DNA from: Catajapyx aquilonaris
Lineage: Eukaryota
Direction: 5' to 3'
Assembly (NCBI GenBank): GCA_000934665.2
Contig: KZ538122.1
Coordinates: 1-64,000 of the forward strand
DNA: 64,000 nt
Shown here: in pieces, positions 35,672 to 48,100 of the stretch
Layout of the letters: each line of letters starts with the position of its first letter
Position numbering within the stretch: position 1 is the stretch's first letter
Notes under the pieces: model-generated
What the model saw: the letters and a program-made list of their open reading frames with translations, nothing else
Databases searched by the model: none
What the model was told of the DNA's origin: nothing
Made by a program: the position numbers and the translations under genes

Positions 35672-35744
35672 GGCCCAGTGGCGCAACGGATAACGCGTCT
35701 GACTACGGATCAGAAGATTCCAGGTTCAAATCCTGGCTGGGTCG
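35672..35744 (+). tRNA. tRNA-Arg (anticodon ACG)
   Basis: GGCCCAGTGGCGCAACGGATAACGCGTCTGACTACGGATCAGAAGATTCCAGGTTCAAATCCTGGCTGGGTCG forms a full cloverleaf: acceptor GGCCCAG/CTGGGTC, anticodon stem TCTGA/TCAGA, T stem CCAGG/CCTGG. An oligo-T terminator follows at 35751. Confidence 0.97.
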
Positions 35745-36146
35745 CAAACATTTTTTTCTTTTTTTAAAAAATTGGTTCGTTCATTTATGCAATTATCAGG
35801 ATGATGTGGTTGATCTGTTTTTTGTGTCATGTTAGTGGTTATTTAATTTTATGGCGTATGAACAGATCGTTTGACTCAGTGCGCCTCAATGTAATATAGG
35901 CCCGGAAGCATGAATGCCGACATGCAATCACCGTAATTGTCAATTATCGTTTGTCCACTCAGTCTCAATATCGCTCAATATGCTTTCGATATTATTATTA
36001 TTAGTATATTAGTATAATTATTATGTGTTGTCAATTGCTGAATATTTCTCGTCGTTTAATTTCAGGCGGACGGGCGGTAGTTGGAAGACATGGCATCGTC
36101 TTTGAATCAGCGGTAGTCTCCGGCAGAGTTGGTGACTGACCCAAGC

Positions 36147-39100
36147 ATGGCGTCGGACAGCGAGCGAAGCAGCGGCGGAGGGGGTAAGCTGACCCACTCG
36201 CATTCCTCGCCGGCTGGAGTGGACGGGGGCACAGGATGCGGGGCTCGAACCCCGCCCCCGACCCCAAAGAAAGGAGGGAAGATGCTGGCGCTCAGGGTAC
36301 AAATGCTGGATGACTCGGTCACCATGTTCCAAGTGCAGGTAAAGTGAAATTAGTTATGAACAAAAAAAAAAGTGTGTAATTTTGTTGTAATGAGATAGCT
36401 ATGTCATGAATGGCATAGTTGCCATTGATGAAGACTGTGGGGGAAGGTTCACACTTACTGTTAGTTTCAATCTGGAATATTTGCTTCGGGGCTTCTCCAC
36501 TCATTTTTAATAAACTCCCTCCCTGAATAATGTCAAGAAAATGCAATAAATGACGGAGCCACTCTAGCCCTGCTTTCATGTTCTCCAGCCTTGATTGCAT
36601 TGTTTTGTTTCACGCTGCAGTGTAGGCCTGAATTATTAACGAATGTAGGCCCGGAACTATTTGGCGAATGGAATGTAATTAGGGTACGGCGTGTCAGTGT
36701 TCTCTCGGCGCTACTCTTGCTCCAATGTTCCGGCGTTTTAAAAACGCATTAGCTACTGACCCAGGAGAAAGATGCCGGGCAGGAATTATTTACAAAGTCT
36801 GAAACGCCTCTGGGAAAGATAGTAATTGCCACGTCTGAGAAGAAAGCAGGGGTGATCAGGAAGATCTTGAAAGACTGCCAGATTCGTCATTGCGTTCTCC
36901 AGTTTTTTTTATTCGTCTTCTTAGGTGGGCGGGGAGGCTAAAAACCCGGCACGGGGATGGTTAAGGAGCGGGGGAAATGGTCGCTTCCTAGTTATTTTTC
37001 CTTGGAGACTTGTTTCCGCAATCAAGGACACGATTTCTGCTCGTGACTTGACGATTCCTGCTGCTGAATTGCGTTATATTCGGAGTCGTGAAATTGGTGC
37101 CTATAGTACTGTACGGGGGCGACCTATACAAAAATATGCCTTTGTGAATATCACTTAGGTGTGAAAGACGTCAGATATAATGCCTGTGGATGATGGGACA
37201 TCATTTTCTTCAGACTATACCGAATAACTATGTTAGGCCTCAAATGCCTAACATTGGCGTAGTAACGAGGAGTTAGTTACATGCTCGTACGCCTGTGGGA
37301 TGCGATGTTCTGGCGACCACAAATTGATTGGGTTGCAGAAAGGAGGAAGTTACAGTCGGTAGGGTACCATTCTCTTGGTTCCATGGTAAACAATTTGGGA
37401 GTGGAAATTGAGTTACTACAGGGCCTTTGCGTAAGACGGGAATTAGATTACTGGTTGGTATGTAACGGTTCGTGCCCATATTTATTGAATGATTAGTATT
37501 AGGTTTTGTGTTAAGTATCATTTTGGATGAAAAAAGCTGGTAGATATTATTCTGCCCCATATGTAAACCTGGAAGCTTTTTATTTCCCTTCAACTAAGAA
37601 ATGAAATATAGAAACAAACATATCAATGTTTCGTGTGATGTAACTGTAGCTGACATTTTTCTCATGAAACGTCAGTCTGACACGCGAAAAAAAGCGACAT
37701 TTACATTATTTTGAGCAAAATGAGCCGTGACGTTTAGATATGCTTCAGGCTAAACGGCCGTTGACAGCTCATAATATACCGGGAAGAAATATTAGACTGA
37801 AGGCTTTCAGTATGTCAGTTATATCCGGCACATGTTAATTACCTTCAGTTTTTGGGAAAATGAGACCCGAACTGACAAGACATTATTGGTTCGGCGACAT
37901 GTCCCGTTATCTCACAAGTAGGTCCGCACACCTGAACTGCCCGTAGAAATGAAAAATGTTCCGTTTTGTTTCCGCTTCACACTTGACAAATGAGCACCAT
38001 ATATTATCAGGGAATCTCACATGTAAAGAGGGTTCTGCGAAGACAGGATGCTCCGCCCTTTTCTAGTAAAAATGAGCATCAGGTGAGATCATTTCGGATC
38101 ATCATGATCTAACAAGGATGTTCTTAGGCTTTTCATGAATTTAGATGGGATTGTTTCCCCCGAGGATTGCCCTCCCACTGCACTAGTAGGAAGTAAATAA
38201 GTAAACAAATTGATGTAAATATGTCACTTCAGTACTTGGGACGCACAAAATTGGTTGTCCGCATTAAAAACCTGTACAAACACCCCTGCGGAATGAGGTC
38301 CATAAATCACGGCATAAACAGGTTCCGTTTTTCGAGCAGATGATTATTATCTTTCTCATCCAAAAAGCCGCTTTAATACAACATGATGTCAACCTTGACT
38401 CAGGCGTAGCGAATGATAAAAATGGTGACGTTTCTTGTCACGGAATTTGACATTTTTCAAACGGAGTCTGCCACATGTTCGTAACTGTTTGTGACGCGCC
38501 GTATATATCACATCAAGAGAAGATTGGTTACCCGGTACGCGCAATGAAAGCGGGGCGGATATGAGCTATTTCTGTCAGGCGTATGGTATGTGCCATACCG
38601 AGGTAAAAATGTAATTTGATATTTATTTTTTTGCCACGTTTCTAAATAGTGGTACCTTATTTTCTCCCAGCGCCATTGTTGGCAGCATTAACGATCAGGG
38701 GCCTGACAACATCGAGCGGGGCTGGGGGGTAATTTTCTGCAAGAATGCCCAATGAGCACGTCGCGATTGAAGCCTTTCGGACCTTGGTGTCAGGTGCGAC
38801 TGTTGATTTGGGTGTGCATATAGGCTGACTTTGACATACCAAAGACAATTTCAATTTCGGCCTTATATTTTTGCCTGTTGGCGGTAAGCCAGAGGCGGCG
38901 TGAACAAGAAGAGTCTTCCAGAAATATCTGTTGCCATTGATTTTCCTGCTTCTCTCTGTGCCTGTCTGAGTCAGTATCTCGGCGTGATGCTACCGCAAAA
39001 AAAAAAAAAAAATGGGCGGAGGGGCATCGAAAGACCTCGGGTGTATTCCGGACAAGGTAGTTACATTGCAGGATTTGTGGGCCATTGAGTTCCGGAGTTA

Positions 39101-42100
39101 AATAAATTAAATCAAGGGAGGGAAGAGGAAGATCTAGAAATGGTTATTGTTTGAATGATTTCATATCTGGGATGGTGGGGTCTGTTTTATTGCGGTTGCG
39201 ATCGATGAGATTTGGTAAGGCTTGTCTTGAGGAGAAAAAGCCTGGAGGATGCGGAAGTTGTTATTTTCAGTTGGGATGATATGGTTCCAATCAATGACCA
39301 CTGAGCTACTACAAGTAGCAGGCCTTGTCTCAAAATGGGCAGGGTAGTCTCGAGTTTTTCTGGATAAAATGCGATTCTTGCAATAATTTGGTTTATTTTT
39401 CATTTTATGGTAGTAAATTCCATCATTTTAAAGGGCTATTAAACATCTATTGATTACCGTCACGATGTGCATGTATCGCCAGAGCTTTTTTTTGTTTTTA
39501 AAAAAAATCTGCTACTGGCAACAATAAGAGGAGCCAGAGCAGCAATAAAAGGGCGCAGAAGTAGGCTATACATACCTGCCGGAAAAAAAACGGACAGGTA
39601 TTTCATGGAATTTTGCTCATTTGCACTCCCAAGTGTCATTGAAATAAAAAATTCAGCCCACCCACATTTTACGAACGTTTACGTCATCTGCTGGTAAAAT
39701 ATGAGGCGGAAAGCAATCAAACGGAGCATCGTACGCCCCCTCTGGGAACAGTATGCCTATACGCAGTCAAAATTGGAGAGATCCAAACTTACAGGGCAAA
39801 ACCCTCATAACCCCCAAAACTTTGTAGTGCCCTGGACCGGGACTCTAAATTCAATTAGGTAAAAGTTTTTTAAACAATTTTTTTTCTGGAGGGCAAGATA
39901 ATCATGCCCGGGGTCGGTTGTTTGAACTCTATCCTCTCACACACAAAGAGAGAGATGCAGGCGGAGAATGGTCAAAGGTTGAACCCCGAAAACATTCATT
40001 CGGATAGGGGGTGGTCCTCCTACTTTTTTTTTTGTTTCTTTTATTCCTCCAGCGCTCTCTCTTTGCGATTGTTGGTGCAAGAGAGGGTTAAAAGTTTCAT
40101 GGAAAAAGGTCATCCGGCTTTGGTGGTGTGTCTCTGGTGGGCAGTAAAACTCGTGGGTCCAGATTTGTTCAGGGAATGAGGATATCCCCTCTCATTCAGG
40201 CCCGGTGCTTATGCGAGACCCTGCTATACCTTCCAAGTGGGTGTTGTGATGTTTGGGGATAGAGGATTTGTTTATTGGAGGTGTCAGTTGACTTCCAGTT
40301 CAATTAATAATATGAATAAGCGTGTGTATTCTTCAGGTAGTTTTATTACTGGGTGGCCTGTAAATTATGTTTGAATTGCACTGATTGTATAGAGAGGAAC
40401 AATCTGAAAGGTTCAACCCAACCCCCCCACCTGTTTGTTAGCAACTACTTCACAAGTGTATGGGTGTCTCGGGATCCAGGGTAACGGATGGGATGGGCGC
40501 AGGCAGAGTGTGGGGGTGTCGGCCATGAGGGCCATATCCTCAAGTCGAGTGAGAGGAAGGGACACTCAGAAATAAATTCGAATGATATTTTTAACAGTGC
40601 CTCCAGCACAGGATGAGCCAGAGTTGGGGGGCGGGGGGTTGACAGAAAGGGACAGATTCGCCAGGGGCGCTTGAAGAATTAGGCAATAAAATGTTGGCGT
40701 ATAGAGTTACAAAGGTGAATTTGTTGGAGCGGCTAATGAAATTCTACACTTGTCACCACAACGAATAGGTGATGCTCGATCATGGACGTGCCCAAATCCT
40801 CCGCATAATTGAAAGAGTGTTCCATTTTGACTTATAAATATTCCTAGCCAACCTTTTAGGCCCCCTTTTTACAATAATACCTTCAGATCCCCGTAATTGC
40901 GTGAATGGCACGTGCGTGTTACCATGCATAAACTAATCACTTGGTTACATCCCTGGCTGTGCCGATCCAATTTTGACATATTACCCTTCAGGCTCCGACC
41001 AATATACGTGGGGATATTGATTACGAGGAAGCCCCTATTCGAATCGGCAGGAACATCCATCCTCACAAGGCAGCAAGAAGTGCTTTTATTACGGGCCGCA
41101 CTTAATTTTCATCACGTTTTCCTTTGGTACTCGTTTATCACTGCAATCCCGATGCATCGGATACGTCCGACGGGGCGGTATATTATGGGATGCACCACCA
41201 TAAGCCCCTCTTTAAAGACCTGGCTTGATTTTTTTTTTTTTTTTCTGGGTGAACTATGCAAAAAGGATCAACATGGTTCATAATTTATAAGCTTGTTAGC
41301 ATTTATTGAGTTGAGAGTCTGGGCATAGTTTGCTGGGGGGCTATGCGTATAAGTTATGGACTTTGCATGTTGCAAGTTTCAGGCTGCTGGTGTTGTTGTA
41401 TTGCAATATACCCAGCTGCAGTCGCTCCAGGAGAATTAAGTGCTGTCAATACATTAGTCTGGCTTGGGGACACTCGTGACAGTTTTGCAGGGCTCAGTAC
41501 GGCCCAGAGGGAGTCGTTTCTCTTTGACTGGAGCTGCGTGCTAAAGGTCCCCTTTTTTTTTTTTTTTTGAAAAAAAAAAACGCGTTATTTTCTAACCTTC
41601 CTCACACTCTGGGCTCTTTCATCTCGGTTGCTGCTGCATAAGGTCATCGCCACCTCCCCGAAGCAGGCCAAGGAATTCTCGGCCAGTTAAGCTGTGGGCA
41701 GATAAGATGGGTGAAAAACTGGGCAAGAAGTAATAGAGAGGCTCATCAAGTATACCATCTGGGGGGGACCTCGACACAGTGTTTGCGGCGCGAAGTGGGC
41801 GTAATTAAGTGCATTTGTGGACTGGTGTGTGTAAATTTGCATTGTTTTGTGGTACGGGTAAATAAATTTATGCTTCTGGTCGCGCCATTCAGCGGCTTGA
41901 CGGTGCAAAAACCGGCTGGAAATGTCGATTTTGAAGCGGGAAAATATTGACGGGCAATTTTCTCGGGCATGCAATTTCAGTATATTACATGCGCATACTC
42001 GACCCGATTTTAAGCCACACTGGGTAACAATCATATGTTGAATTATTTTTTTTGCGACGGTCCTGGGTGCTTCATCAAGCCTGTCCCAGTTGGCTAAGAG

Positions 42101-45100
42101 GGAATTCTTGTGCGGCTCATGTCTTTGGGACGACCGGGGACGGAAGTAAAGGAGAAAATGTTATACTATTTACGTCTTGGCCCCTCTCTGCATTAGAGAA
42201 GGGGTTTCCAAGCATCCTTCCCTACATCCGAAAATGGGCGAGGCTTCCTTTGGCTTGGTTGCGTGGGCGTGGAAAAGACGTGGAGGAACCGAATGAAAGA
42301 GAAGGCTTGTGGAGTCTTTGCGCGTGTTGGGGAACCATTTCACTGCTCAGCGCGTTTTTACTTCGAAAAGTGTCCCGGAAAAGGGATGAGATAGCACTTG
42401 GGGACTTACTAACTAAATGAGGAGTGTTGACAAGGAGTTGGTCATGGGCCAAAATGGATGAGGAATGTACTCGACGGGGGTTTTCAAAACTTTTGCTCCA
42501 GTGACGTTTTCCGTTGTATTGAGCTGGTCTGATCTGTGGCAGAGGCGTAGCTGGTGGCTATAGTAGTGCAATTTTAAATGTAGGAAATATTTGATTTGGC
42601 ATATGCTGTAATGAGTGATCGAATGGTGTATTTTCCAGCATTCTGGGAATAGAATTAGTATTCGCCTTGTCAGGGACTAATTGGGAACTTATTGGCTTTA
42701 CATGGCTCCCCCTGTGATGCCAAGTGTGTAATGCACCAGAAATTCAATTTGCATTTTGTCCGCTTGTCTTGCAGGCCAAAGCTCTGGGGCGGGTCCTCTT
42801 TGACCAAGTATGTCGTCAGCTCAATCTACTGGAAGCCGACTACTTTGGACTGGAATACCAGGATTCCAACCAGACCAGGGTGAGGAAAACGGGCCCTTTT
42901 GTACAGCATAAACAAACAGGCAGTGTTTTGACTAGGGATAATTTCTCGCAGTATTGGTTGGACCTGGAAAAGGCTCTAAACCGTCAAGTCGGCCTGTCCA
43001 TGGTGGACACTCTTCTGCGTTTCTCGGTCAAGTTTTACACTCCAGACCCATCCCAGCTGGAAGAGGAGTTCACTCGTTATCTGTTCTGCCTACAAGTCAA
43101 GCGGGACTTGTCACTGGGGAACTTGCAGTGCAATGACAACACAGCTGCCCTCATGGCTTCCTACATCGTGCAGGGTGGGTTGTCGCTTTAATTTTTAAGT
43201 TCAGTTGCCTGGGTGCAGAGGAGGTTGTAACTGGAAGAATATTCCAATTGTAGCAGAGTGCGGCGATTTTGTGGCAGAGGACTATCCAGATCACACTTAC
43301 CTATCAACATACAAGTTTGTGCCACATCAGGACGCTGAGCTGGAAAGGAGGATCATGGAGAACCATAAAAAACATGTGTAAGTGCTGCAGGGAGTTGTGC
43401 AGTAGTTAAGGTGGTTATTGATTTACATTATTTTTCTCTGATGTTTAGGACACAGTCACCAGCTGAAGCCGACCTGAATTTGTTGGAAACTGCCAGAAGG
43501 TGTGAGCTGTATGGCATGAAAATGAACCCAGCAAAGGTGAGCAAACATGTGCATTTAATAGGAAATTTGTAAAATGTGCAGAATTTTATTTACATCAAGG
43601 CTTCAATTCCTCTTCCCCGAATGCACAAAAAGGACTGCCTCATAAATACTCATATAAGATGAGGGCATTGTCTGCAAGATACAATGACATACTTAGGCTC
43701 CCTTAAACATCAGCAACTCATGAACCATTCGTTCCTGGATTCATGACCTCAGTAGTACTGATTGTGATGCGTGAGCTTTTTTTTTTTTTGTCCTAGATTC
43801 CTACTTACCATGGGGTTTTTATGCATTTTCCAAAAGGCGACATGGTGACTATGAAATAGCCTAACAAGAAAATCTGAGAGGCAAGATCAGTAATTTATTT
43901 CTTCCCACAATCCCTCCAATTACAGTAAAACTTCTATAAGTCGAATCTCCATGGGACCAGGAAAAAACTTCTGAGTTATAGAAGATTCGAGTTAGAGATG
44001 TTTGGAATTTTTAAAGCACATAACTCTATAAGGAAGCCTACCTTTATATCCAGTGACGAAAGGTGTTCAAAACTTAAAAATAACTGTCACTATCACACTT
44101 ACAATGTTCATCATTGTTTTGTTGTAAAAAAAATCATTACTGACATTTGCATACTCTTAGATCGGCTCTCACTAAAGGATTCAATTGTCACAATCGGGTC
44201 AAACACGTCTTTCAGTAGATGGAGATCAGGAAAGAGCCTTTCTGTACTCTCGGCCCTTCTGCTGGGAAATGAGAAAATAATTTTCCGTATTCCTCAACAC
44301 GAACTTCGACTGAAAGTGCATTGATATCCCATCGTAAGACCCTGACTGCCAGCTGACTGCACTTCGAGTTATGAGAACTTCGGGTTATAGAAATTCGAGT
44401 TAGGGAAGTTTATTTCCTATTATTTTACATTGTGACCAACCAAGCTCATCATTTTCTTCGACTTATAGAGAACTTCGACTTAGGGAACTTATAGAAGTTT
44501 TATTGTAGATACAATATGATGCACTTTCCAACTACTTGCATTATGCTTGTATACAATGTCTTCCTAAATAGTTACATTAGTAGGAAACCAATATCTACCT
44601 TTCTGTTGGTCCATTTCCCATGTGCAAAAGAATTTGTGTAAGTAATACTGTATGTGAGACACCATTATAATTTGATGATGTTGATGTCATCATCACCATT
44701 ATCATCTGCTGATGCTGATGCAACTGATTCTTAAATGGCGTATGATTGTTTCAGGATCATGAAGGTGTTCCTCTCAACTTGGCTGTGGCACACATGGGAA
44801 TTGTTGTGTTCCAGAACTATACCAAGATAAACACATTCTCCTGGGCCAAAATTCGGAAAATTAGTTTTAAAAGAAAAAAGTTTCTCATTAAGTTGCATCC
44901 AGAAGGATATGTAAGTATTGCATTATTTTCTATATCATTTTAAATATTATAGTAATATTCTGACACCGAAGTTCATCGCTCCTTTTTGCTTTAAATATTA
45001 AAGTGCACATGTGTAGCATGTGTCAGTCAAAAATACATTGTAGACTGTACGTGGTGTGATGTCAAATTAATCTAATGGGTGTCTTTTTGTCTCCGTACTT

Positions 45101-48100
45101 TGTTTCCATGTCCTCGTGCACATCTACTCTAAAGCAGGGACAGGTAATTTGCATTGGGACCTTTTATAATAGTTTATTTTGTAATGGGGTAACTCAAATA
45201 CGTAATTGCAACGTGGTGGTGGTATGAGTTCTCCCTAATTAGCTCAGTTTAACAGGGTGCTTAGCTTTTGCACAAAAGTAGAGTTCTGGGCATCTAAATT
45301 CCTAATGGGTGTTACGTGACTGCCATAAAAGTAATGTAATGGCATGTCCTCTTTACATTCATTGTCTGTTGTGTATGTTACAGTAGTTAGAGTGATGACT
45401 AGGAATTAGCTGCTTGCTAGAATATGTTAGGGAAACATAACACTGGGTCTGAAATATTCCTACAATCCATTCTCCTGGTTTTTCTCATAGCCAACATTCC
45501 AGAAGGAAGTGCAGGTTAATGAATTTCTATTTCCATATCTGATTTACATGCATTTTTGATATCTGAATGGTACATTCTCCTTTTTTTGCTTATTCACTCT
45601 ACTAACTCTACTTGTATGTTATATAGATACCCCTCACAAAAACCATGTTCTTAATTTCAGGGGTACTATAAAGACACAGTGGAGTTCTTCTTTGATGGAA
45701 GAAATGAGTGTAAAAACTTTTGGAAAAAGTGTGTAGAACATCATGGGTTCTTCCGATGTGCGGCAGTGAAAAGGGTTGCCAGGCAAAAAACCAGAGTCCT
45801 GAGTAGAGGATCATCTTTTAGGTAAACACACTTGAACACTTCTGCAGTACAAACAATAGCTCACTGTATTAACTGCCAGTTACGGAAACTGCATTTGCCA
45901 AATTGTACTTTCAGGTACAGTGGCAAAACCCAGAAACAAATGGTGGAATTTGTTAGGGAAAACTATGTGAAGAGACAGACATTTCATAGGTAAGTTGGCC
46001 TTGAATGCAGTGCTAATTGCTGTATACACCTAAAGAGAGGACTTGTTTTTGTACTACTTGCAGCTTTAGCGAGAACAATACTGATGCTGTGGAACGAGTT
46101 TGATGAACTGCCCTGGTCTTGTCACTGGTCAGTATTTAATGAGAAAAGGGATTAGATATCACAGAATGAGAAAGAAGGAAATAGAAAGACATATGGTAAA
46201 CTTTCAGCTTTATTTGAATGTGCATTGCTGTTTGATTTAAAAAAGATATGCTGTGTACAGTACACTAGTAGTGATCTCAGAGGAGATGTCAGTGGATTTA
46301 TTGTTTATCTTCTGGAGAATGCCGATTTTTTGCAAAAGTGACATGGCCGGCAAGGCCCATCTCGTTCCACAGCCAGCATCAATCATGTCTAAGTGTATGT
46401 GTCCACTTTCTTGGCATGAACTGCTCCCCATGTACTGTTGTGGATGTCTTTGGTGTCTTATTGTTTTGTTAGCCCCCCATGAAAACGTGAAAATGGAATA
46501 TTTGCATGCCTTCAGTCGCCGGTGGATTGGAGGTAACTACTTGGCAAGTGTTGAATCGGCAGCAACTCCCCCACTTTTTACAGGTCTCAGTCATTTCGCC
46601 ACACAAGTTCACTACATTCGAGCGTAGGAAACGTGGGTACCAGCATTTCCGCCCAGCCGTTGTTACCTTTGGGAGACAATATGGGTAAGTGATGCTTGCC
46701 ACAAGAACAATTTGCTCGTACTTAAATCGTGATTAATTGTTTTTCAATAGCCAAGAGTCACTCATCATTACTATATTCAGTTGGATGTTTGTTGCAACCA
46801 AATGCGAAGTGTAGAGCTATCTCAGATGCTGGTGTACTCTATATTGAAATCTATTTGGTGTCCATATGATGCCTGAATGCAATAGAATAAATTAACCAGA
46901 GTCGTACTGTAACATCATGTTTGTGTAGCGATGCTCTGAAGGCATTTTAAATGCCCTTGACAAGCAGCATTGGGTGGAATTTTCATCCCATTGTTATTAA
47001 ATTAATAAGGCCAAAATCTCATCTGAATATATCTTGAATATGATTTGAATTCTTGCTCCCATGTGAGTCATAAGAGACTTAACGTCCTCTGGCACTGACT
47101 GTTAGTTGTGTTAATTCAGGTGAGTTTATTTGTTATTTTTTTGTAGCTCTCATGTGAGGTACTGTAATTTCATAGTGAGATTAGCTTAATTATTATCAAT
47201 AGTGGTTTTATTGGCATTCATGAAAATGCACCACTGGTTGAGTATTGTGAAGATGTGTGACTTGACACCTTCAGGTCAATTTGACAATTACTGTTGCACC
47301 ATCCTTGTACCCACACAAAATAAGTAATGAATTTGACAGCTGTTGGGACGCCAGCATCCCTGTCGTGTGGGTCCATGACGGTAGCCTCCGAAGACCCACA
47401 CTCCCCAGGATCTCCTGCCCAGACGGAGACAGCGGACATCCACGACTTTGACACCAGGGATCTGGACACCCCTTCGGTGGCCACTTCCCATCAAGACACA
47501 CTGTCCGCTGGGACCTCAGTAACATCCAGTCCCCAGCGACACGAGGGGCATCGACCAGCCACAGACGACGAGTATGCCGCCAGCCCCATGCGAGGTGTCG
47601 TTCAGCAGCTACAGCAACAGCAGGCTCTGCAGCAGCAACAGGCAGCCATGCAACAGATGCATCTGCACCACCACCATCACCAGCACCACCAACACTACCA
47701 AGCAGGTCAGGATTCTAGCACTAAGAGACGGGTTAGCTCTAAGTCAGGGGAGGTTGCTATACCTGAGTCAGATGGTGATGGAGCCGATGACACAAAGGTG
47801 TACTCTAGTAGCTACCCAGGTACCACATCAACTACTACAACTACAACAGAGAGTGACACACTTGGCGGCTCTCAGGATGTGTTCCCAGGTGATGATATAT
47901 CACATGATTCATATGACCTGCTGGAAAAGGAGGAAGGGTTGGGATCCAGTACAGTTCTTGGAAGTGCCACATTAGGTAGCCATGGATCTGAGGTGTTTGA
48001 AATGGATGATGTCTCCTTGACAATGGACCAGGCCCCAACTCATGCAACACAGAGCGAGGCTGGAACTGCACCAACTAAGCACAGAGTGAGGCGCCACAAC

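Noticed and set aside
42880..42951. In-frame, stop-free short FARP introns (also 59498-59557)
   Set aside because: Expected by chance among many 60-75 nt introns, and retention would interrupt conserved FERM/PH folds.
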